Shown here: positions 55,266-64,000 of the stretch, one piece after another | Numbering within the stretch: position 1 is the first letter of the stretch | Layout: each line of letters opens with the position of its first letter | From: Octopus vulgaris | Taxonomy: Eukaryota | Length of the DNA stretch: 64,000 nt | Assembly: GCA_951406725.2 (NCBI GenBank) | Contig: OX597818.1 | Span: 16,554,001 to 16,618,000, forward strand | Direction of reading: 5' to 3' | Notes under the pieces: generated by a model | Databases searched by the model: none | Seen by the model: the letters and a program-made list of their open reading frames with translations, nothing else | Told to the model about the DNA's origin: nothing | Translations under genes and position numbers: made by a program

Positions 55266-56012
55266 CATTTCTACCCTAGGCACACGGCCTGAAATTTTTG
55301 GAGAGTGGGCCAGTCGATTAGATCGAGCCCGAAAGGATAAAAGGCAAAGTCGACCTCGGCGGAATTTGAACTCAGAACGTAAAGACAGACGAAATACCGC
55401 TAAGCATTTCTCCCGCCGTGCTAACGTTTCTGCCAGCTCGCCGCCTTAAGGCAAAGTCGATCTCGGCGGAATTTGAACTCAGAACATAAAGACAAACGAA
55501 ATATTAACGTTTCTTATTTCTTTATTGCCCACAAGGGGCTAAACATAGAGGGGACAAGCAAGGACAGACAAACGGATTAAGTCGATCACATCGACCCCAG
55601 TGCGCAACTGGTACTTAATTTATCGACCCCGAAAGGATGAAAAGTAAAGTCGACCTGGGCGGAATTTGAACTCAGAACGTAACGGCAGACGAAATACCTA
55701 TTTCTTTACTACCCACAAGGGGCTAAACACAGAGAGGACATACAAGGACAGACAAACGGGTAAGGTCGATTACATCGACCCCAGTGCGTAACTAGTACTT
55801 ATTTAATCGACCATGAAAGGATGGAAGGCAAAGTCGACCTCGGCGGAATTTGAACTCAGAACGTAACGGTAGATGAAATACCGCTAAGCATCTCGCCCGG
55901 CGTACTAACGATTCTGCCAGCTCGCCGCCTTAAGGCAAAGTCGATCTCGGCGGAATTTGAACTCAGAACGTAAAGACAGACGAAATGCTAACGTTTCTGC
56001 CAGCTCGCCGCC
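55266..56012 (-). mobile_element. Stack of 5-6 nested or partial SINE family C copies inside one TSD
   Basis: Outer TSD taatgcatcgtctata (55250-55265, 56013-56028). Confidence 0.9.
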
Positions 56013-57194
56013 TAATGCATCGTCTATAGCGGTTGGTTTCTACTTGCTCTCCTCACCATAATCTTGCTCTTCATGTTGTTTATTTTGCTTCGTTAGGCGG
56101 CCGATATTTCTGCTAAGGAGTGACACAGTGGTTGCGTATTACGATAACTGAGTTTTATTTTATCGTTATCCAATATAATTTAACAAAACAAAGCAAAATA
56201 CAGGAGACGGAACTAAATACGTAATCATAACTGTTTCTACCGACTCAAACCCGATGGGATTTGAAACCAGGATATAGAGGGTGGCAACCAAAAGTCTGAT
56301 ATATTTTACTCTGTTTACACGTGTATAATGCGTGAAATTTAATTACAAAAAATCAGTGTCGAAAATGATAGTAGTAGCATGAAATTAGCCGCTAATGTTG
56401 TACTTACACGAATGGAGACAAAGATAAAATTAGAGGATAAAATACATATATTGATAAGTTTAGGTACAAAAAAGTGGGTGGAATTGCATTATATTTGAGA
56501 TGGAGTAAATGTTTTCACCATTTCGTTTTCTTTTGAGAGCTTCAGTGTCAGACAGTGTGCGTGTATGTTACGGAGAAGGAGAGAGGGAGAGAGGGAGAGA
56601 GAGAGAGAGCTGTTATGAACGAAGTGATGGGAAGCTAGAAGGGACAAGTTGCGACAGCTTTTGTGCTTGTCTGCCATTTTTTTGCAGGTTCTATTGAAGT
56701 GATTGACATATCACAGAACCAAGCTGCAAAGTGTTGCAGCTTAGATGTTTCCTTTGATGTAGCAGATACAACATATAAAAACACTATTATATTGAGAAAA
56801 TAATTTACTCTTTCTTCTCTCGCCCCCGCATCCACGTATTTAAATATATACACGAATAATATAAATATATACAAATAAATAACCAAGGAGCCTTTTATTA
56901 AAAAAAAAATGGGGATTGGCTATTTCTTTGCCTTTGGGCTTGCCAGAACGGAGTTGCAAGAATCGCATTCACAATATAATAACTCTTGGGTTGACGCATA
57001 TTTTCGTACGTTATGGCGTCGATAATAGTGTTGGCTCAGTTTATGACTCTGCTTAAAACCAGGTTGCTAAGCCATAAATTCGTCATTTTGACACAAGAAG
57101 AACAGATGTATTTATAAATTTCCAATTGAGGCAGCAACAACATAAAATGTATGGTCGATTTGACCAAAATATTTACAACATATACTGGTTTTAA

Positions 57195-57820
57195 ATGCTG
57201 CTAAACATTTTGCCTGGATGGCTAACAATTCTGCCAGCTTATTTGTCACATATATCGGTTTCAAATTTTGACACAAGGCCAGCACTTCCGGTGCTCAACT
57301 GCTACTTACTTTATCGACCCCGATAGAATGAAAGACAAAGTCGACCTCAGTAGTGTTTGAACTCGGAACGTAAAAACAGATGAAATGCCGCTAATCATTT
57401 TACCCGGCGTGCTAACGATTCTCCTAGCTCGTCGCCTTATTTATAACATATATTCTTTTCTATTCTAGACACAAGGCCCAAAATTTTAGGGGATGGGGTC
57501 AGTCGATTAGATCGACCCCAGTACGCAGCTGGTACTTAATTTATCGACCCCGAAAGGATGAAAGGCAATGTCGTCCTCGGCGAAATTTGAACTCAGAACG
57601 TAAAGACAGACGAAATACCTATTTCTTTACTACCCACAAGGGGCTAAACACAGAGGGGACAAACAAGGACAGACAAACGGAATAAGTCGATTACATCGAC
57701 CCCCAGTGCGTAACTGGTACTAAGTTTATCGACCCCGAAAGGATGGAAGGCAAAGTCGACCTCGGCGGAATTTGAACTCAGAACGTAACGGCAGACGCAA
57801 TACCGCTAAGCATTTCGCAA
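57195..57820 (-). mobile_element. Cluster of SINE family C copies
   Basis: Three or more homologous units. Confidence 0.88.
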
Positions 57821-58119
57821 ATTTTTTATTTACCACAAGGGGACAACAAAGAGGAGACAGCACAATCTGATATGGTGTCAGATTTAACATATGAATTGAC
57901 ATGAAGATGAATTTTTAAATTTTGCATAAATATGAAGAGTTCGAATGATAACAAGACATTACAAAATGGGATGCGGGATATGCTCGGACCCCACGAGCCC
58001 CACTTTACCAATGATGCTTTTGGTTCATCCTGTGTTGAATTCATGCGGTCCCATCCATACACAACATTCGTGCAACATTCTTCCATCGATCTTGAAACAT
58101 TTTAGTGGACAGGCATTTT

Positions 58120-59150
58120 TTCTCTAACTCTATTTTCCTTCTTAGGTGAAAGGTGAAGAAATTCACCAAGCCAGGTCCAGAGATGAAAATGCCTGTTATT
58201 AACCCTTTCATTTGCGTCTTCCAAATGACCTCACTCGCAATTGCTACTACGATGAGAAAGCAATTCTTACCTTCTTACGATAGGAAATCCGATGGGTCAA
58301 TATTTACTATTGACTCAGTCGATAGCTGTACTCTTCCTGTACTTGACAACAGTTGTTCGGCATAAACCCACATATCTGACACCTCCGAACACTGAACAAT
58401 AGCGTGCAGGACGGTTTCCCTGTCCCGCCCACATCTTGGACAGGTCGGTGAGCCAGGGCCACCATGCGCTTGCAAGCTTGTCCCGGACAGGTAATGCTCC
58501 TCGGTAACATTGCTATGCCAAAGACTTCTGGAAGTTATCCAGTGTCTTCGGCCCGAATGTACGTTGGAACAGACTGGCCAGCTGATTATCATCGAGACCT
58601 AAGGCTTCCCCCAAGGTATCGTCACATTTCGCCTCTACCGACCCTCTATAAAAGAATGTAGTAGAACCACTACCGTAGGCGTTGCCCGAGATATGGAATA
58701 TCTGGAGAGCCTTACGACACTCCGTAAACCATGTACCCAACTTCGATCTGCGATAGAAGTTTCCAGTTCACCGAAACAGGTGAATTTAGGAAATATATCT
58801 TTCGCCAGCGGAGACCACAACCGATCACCATCCAGATGGAGCCACAGATGCCTCAACGTCAGCGCGTGCCTGTGCATCATCAGCCAAGGCATCCCTAGTC
58901 CACCCTTTAACAGTTGTTGGCAGCAAATAGAGCGTCTCACAAGCAGATTCGATCCCTTCCACAAGAAACGGAAGAGCTGTCTTTCCAGCTTGCTCAACCA
59001 CGAATCAGGGCAAGGAACGACGGTTAGGTGGTAGGTGATGACCGATGCGATGAACACATTGACCACATCTGCGCTCCCTTTCAGGGATAGCCACCGCCAA
59101 GATCAGGTCTTGGCTATGTGGTCCACCCTGCTCGCTACCTCGGCTCAGTT
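58120..59150 (-). pseudogene. Tx1/L1-clade LINE ORF2 C-terminal fragment
   Basis: LFRFLWKG...VRRSICCQ...GGLGMP, and zf-RVT CPRCGRDRETVLHAIVQC. Confidence 0.88.
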
Positions 59151-59172
59151 CTTCTATATTTGGAGAAACAAA

Positions 59173-59208
<36 letters not shown>

Positions 59209-61530
59209 TATATATATACATACATATGTATGTGCATACATATGTATGTGCGATGGATTTCTTTCAGTTTCCGCCTACCAAATCCACTCCTATGGCTTTG
59301 GTCGACCTGGGACTATAGAAGAAGACACTTGCTGAAGGTGTCACGCAGTGGTACTGAATCTGAAATCACGTGGTTGAGAAGCATCCACGCATCTATATGC
59401 GTACGCACGTGTGTGTACGTATGTGTGTATATATGTATGTGTTTGTCTCCTCATCACTCCTTGACAACCGGCGTTTGTTTACGTCCCTGTAAGTTAGTGA
59501 TTCGGCAAAAGAATACAAGACTTGCAAGATTCTTTGCATTCTGAGTTCAAATATCTCCTGGATCAACGTTGTCTTTCATCGTTCCAGAATCAATAAAATA
59601 AAATACCAGTTAAATACTAGGGTAAACTTCAAACCCTAAAGCCTTATTAGAAACAATTATTTTAATTATCATAATTTTAAAGCATGAAGAACCAAAAATA
59701 TTTCTGAGTTCAATTTCCTCTAGCATCAATAAAATAAAGTACCAGTCATGCACTGGTGTCAATTTAACTGACTAACATCCTTCCCTCAAAATAGCTAGGT
59801 TTGAGCCTAAATTAGGAACCCTTATTTAGGAGTGGTGGATTGGCAGAATTGTTAGAACGTCATAAAAACAGAAAGAAAGAAAAAAATTATTTGGAAATTG
59901 TCTATTTTTTTAAATCCACGATACGTTTAATTATTGATCCATTTAATGGTGTAATGTCCACAAAAGTACTAATGCAGGTGCAATCTTTTCGTGGTATTTG
60001 TTATGGCTCTTTCCGTCCTGGTTTTAAATCCAGCCAAAGTCAATTTTGCGCTTCATTCATCTGGGGTTCTATAAAATAAAGTAGCAGTCAAGGACGCTTC
60101 TCATAGTTTTCTTTTTTTTTTTTTTTGCTGAGAACTGCTTAATATTGCTTATAGAATACTTATTTCTGTCTTTATCGACTATGCATCTTTCATAGTATAG
60201 TTATAACACGAAAGAAAATATCGGTTCCTCTACTGTTGTTCTTGAAATCACTTTTCTAAAAATATTATATACATTCATTTTCTCCAAGTGAATAAACATA
60301 ATGTAACTAGATTCCTTTGCAAGCTTTTACCAAAAGTGAGGTGGTGGTAGTAGTGATGCTGCATTTCCCCTAATGCCACAGATATAAGTATTTGTATTTT
60401 CAGCGCCCCAAGGGAATGTCAGATAAAGTTTGAATATGACTTAAGATAAAACTTAAATAAAGTAAATTTTAAATAAGATAACATTTAAGATATAACTTTA
60501 AGTAAGTCGTAAAACTCAGAAAAACAAGCTGAATAATTTCATTCGCAGAGAGGTGGCTTGTAGCTTTCTGAAGAAATGACTCGATGTGGTACAGAGAATT
60601 CTAAATGAAAAATACGCATGATGTTTCGTTGAGGCAGCGAATTGGTAATGGCACATAATGCAACGCAGTATTTATTCAGGTTCTCTGTACTCAAGAACTG
60701 AGTTGCATTCTTCTCTTTCTTTCAGAAGCAGTTAAGTTATGCTGTTAGAAAGGTTCTTCGGGGTCATTCACAACGTCCCTATCTCAAGAAATGGAGAAGA
60801 GGTGAGCAAGAGGCCAGCAACCTACCCATCCCCTCTCTGTCTTTCCCTCTCTCTCTCTGTCTCCCTCTCTCTTTTTAAGAAAAGCTGATGTCAAACATCC
60901 GAGGTCCGATATTTAGAACAACATAGAATAGAAATAAAGAGGAAAGAATTTACATCAATGGTGATAATTTTGTAACAGTTTTTTCGGACACTGGAATACA
61001 AAATACGTAGAAAAACATGTACAATAGATTGAATCCAGTTCAGTATTTCCAGATCATAGAAATGTGAAGGCTAAACTCAATTGTAGAGGGATTTTAATAC
61101 AAAACTTTATAAGGCGTAATTCAATAATGTCTTACGTTACTGAGTTGCATATTTTTCAGCAAACTCCATACTTCCTTTCACTTCATATTATATTGCATAT
61201 CAAAGGAGGAAATTGGCAGAGGTAGTAGTGTATCAAATCGCAAGATAAAATTTAGTTGGGCTTCACAAAGTATTAAGTTCAAACAACACTAAGTGGGGTC
61301 AATAAAATAAAGTACCCGCCGAATACAGGGGCCGCTATAATCGTCTATATCCTTCTCCAAAATGCAAAGTTTTGTGTTTATGCAAAGTAATCAGCGATGA
61401 ACGTTAGCAAGAGTGATTACTATCAGTAGCGGTTTCCAACCTCTTTTTGTATCACAGAGCGGTTTCATGCAAGACAGTTTTTCCACGGGCATACAAACAA
61501 ACACAATAAAGTTCATCATGCATGATTTAA

Positions 61531-61585
<55 letters not shown>

Positions 61586-61629
61586 ACGCACTCACGCACG
61601 CACGCTCACACACACACACACATTATACC

Positions 61630-62212
61630 TCATCTCATCTAGGTCGTCCCATAGGACGCCCACATAGGGGTTTCAGTTGCGCATACTATAGGAGTCACAG
61701 GGCGCTGCTTCATGTGGTCTCGCAGTTTACATCTAACTAGGAATATTAGGGTCTCATCCATTGTCTTGTATTGAAGATCCTCTGCATGACATCCTGCTAG
61801 TTCAAAGCCAGGAATTTGATCTGTTAGGTCCTGCTGATAACTAAATCCACGCCCTGTTGCCGACGCTTCAATTTATTGTCGTTAAGGTTTTTATCTGTCT
61901 CCTACCCTTCTACCTGTCTGGCCTGGTAAGACCTGCCTGGAGATTTCTCTCCCTCCAGCATAACTCTCCGGGTCCATGGGGCACACATGCACTTCACCGC
62001 GACAAGGTACTTGTTGAATTGGCTGTTAACTACATAGTAGTTATTCCGCCCCTTGACGGGTCTTATTTTTCGTCCCGCAGGGTGTCCAACCATCACCCCA
62101 CCTCACCAAACAAGCTTGATGGGGTTGCCAGTTTAGTCACCGACGATCCGACCATGCAACAGGTTGTACTGGGTTACATGTTACCAGTAGGGTTCAAGAG
62201 CGACTTGACCTG
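61630..62212 (-). mobile_element. RTE-clade LINE 5' UTR relic
   Basis: Minus strand 'ccttgtcgcggtgaagtgcatgtgtgccccatggacccggagagttatgctgg' resembles RTE/BovB 5' ends. A similar relic lies at about 37700-37820 (+). Confidence 0.5.
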
Positions 62213-62231
62213 AACACACATTATACATATT

Positions 62232-62626
62232 CTTTTATTCTTCTACTTGTTTCTGTCAGTTGACCGCGGCCATGCTAGAGCACCGGCTTGAAGAGTTTTA
62301 GTCGAACAAATCGACCCAAGAACTTTTTTAAGCCTACTATTTATTCTATCGGTCTCCTTTGCCGAACCGCTAAATTACGGAGACGTAAACACACTAACAC
62401 CGGTTGTCAAGCAGTAGAGGGGACAAATACAGACATAGTTACATACACACACACACACCTATATATATGTATGTATACTACGTGCTTCTTTCAGTTTCCG
62501 TCTACCAAATCCACCCACAAGGACTTGGTCAGCTCGAGGCTATAGTAGAAGGCACTTGCCCAAGGTGCCATGCAATGGGACTGGACCTAGACCATGTAGT
62601 CGGGAAGCAAGCTTCTTGTCACACAG

Positions 62627-62630
<4 letters not shown>
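62232..62630 (-). mobile_element. SINE family A
   Basis: Homology. Confidence 0.85.
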
Positions 62631-62662
<32 letters not shown>

Positions 62663-63455
62663 CACACACACACGCACACATACATATATATATTACATGT
62701 ATAATACATATGTAATGTAAAAACACTCTACAGGCTGCGATAGTCAATAAAATAGACATAACATTTTAAAATTTAGTCTTTTTGTACGGCCCGGTATCAA
62801 ATGATTCACGGTCCGGCACTGGTGGTTGGGATATTTATATCAGGATTGATGTCTTGTATATAGTTATGCTCTTGACGTTCTGACTTCATCTACTCAGGAC
62901 TGGTATTTTTTTTTATCCATCAAATACATAAATAAATAAATAAATAAGATAAATAAATAAAAAGTGAAAGTGATATACTTTTAGCGTGTTTAGTCAATTA
63001 CATCTCGTCATAGATGTATAACCTTGTGGCAAATGTGAAAAATCAATATTGATAAAGTAAGGGCTTTACAATATTTAGATAAGTATTCCTGCGATGAATT
63101 CAACCTGCTAGCGTGGACTTTTCATTTCATTTCTCTTGATTCGTTAAATTAAATGCTATACATATAATGAAGTCAATTCAACTGACTGCGCTCCTTCTCT
63201 ACCAATTCGTGACTTTGCATTACACGAGAATCGCGAAAGTCCATTCAATTTACTATATCTATCACTATCTTGAAAATTTACACCCTGTACCAATGCAAAA
63301 AATCAATATTATATTATCACGTATAGGAGCTATTTTCTAAAATTTGTATATATATATATATAGATGTACTTTGTATGGGGAAATGTGGTGTTCAATTTTC
63401 TATCAGAGAGGAGATTGAAAAGAAATACTTTTTTCAAAATTTCACTTATACATTT

Positions 63456-63850
63456 AGGCGCAGATGTGGTTGAATGGGAAGAAGCTTACTTCCCAATCAC
63501 ATGGTTCTGAGTTCAGTCCCATTGCGTGGTACCTTGGTCAAGCGAATTCTGCTATATCCTACGGCCGACTAAAGCATTGTGAGTGGATTTAGTAGAGGGA
63601 AACTGAAAGAAGCCCGTCGTATACATACCTATATCTCTATATTTATGTCATTGTTTGTCCCCGCCCTCAACTGCTTGGCAACCTGTGTTGGTGTATTTAC
63701 GTCCCCGTAACTTAGCGTTTCAGCAAAAGAAATGATAGAATAAGTACCAAGCTTAACAAAGAAAAGAAAACCATTCGACTAAAATTTCTTCAAGGCGGTG
63801 TATCAGCATGGCCGCAGTCTAATGACTGAAACAAGTAAAAGATGAAAAAA
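63456..63850 (+). mobile_element. SINE family A
   Basis: Homology. Confidence 0.88.
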
Positions 63851-64000
63851 AACATTGTTATACTTTTTAATATTATCTTGATCATATTGGTTTGTAGCAA
63901 ATTGTAGTTGTTTCATGCAGGCATAGCGTGGATTCGATCCTCGATAACCAAATTACACTTAACAGTACAAAAGCACTTTTCTCACGGTAAAACAATAGTT

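Larger units (their letters stand above)
61426..62835 (+). mobile_element. Old hAT (MER1-like) MITE with nested insertions
   Basis: Left 'tagcggtttccaacctctttttg...gcggtttcatgcaagacagtttttccacgg'; right 'acggcccggta...ggtccggcactggtggttggga'. Confidence 0.5.

Noticed and set aside
55266-56012. CRISPR-like array of repeated motifs
   Set aside because: The repeats are SINE units without unique spacers, in a eukaryotic context with no cas genes.

Overview
AT-rich eukaryotic, gene-free, repeat-saturated DNA. The tRNA-derived SINE families and microsatellite load strongly suggest a cephalopod (Octopus) genome; this is an inference from recalled repeat sequences, not a database hit. I found no host protein-coding gene, and nearly all supplied ORFs are translations of microsatellites or SINEs. 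The window holds about 35 SINE copies from 3 families and two different Penelope-like element (PLE) RT relics, one of them Naiad-like. It also holds PLE GIY-YIG remnants; mariner, maT, Tc1, pogo, hAT and Merlin-like DNA transposons or MITEs; a KIAA1586-like hAT transposase fossil absent from the ORF track; and R4/Dong, Tx1, RTE and I/Jockey LINE fragments. The most interesting signal is between 12.6 and 27.3 kb. At least four distinct, foldable families of minimal type I hammerhead ribozymes, plus decayed relatives, sit in short pLTR-like cassettes inserted in (TA)n tracts. They have palindromic stem III (dimer-type), several have a non-canonical CCGAYGA core, and they are often duplicated in inverted orientation. 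A Naiad-like RT frame also carries only TGA stops, one of them at a likely conserved Cys (possible selenocysteine relic). Boundaries were read by eye and are approximate unless a TSD or TIR is quoted.
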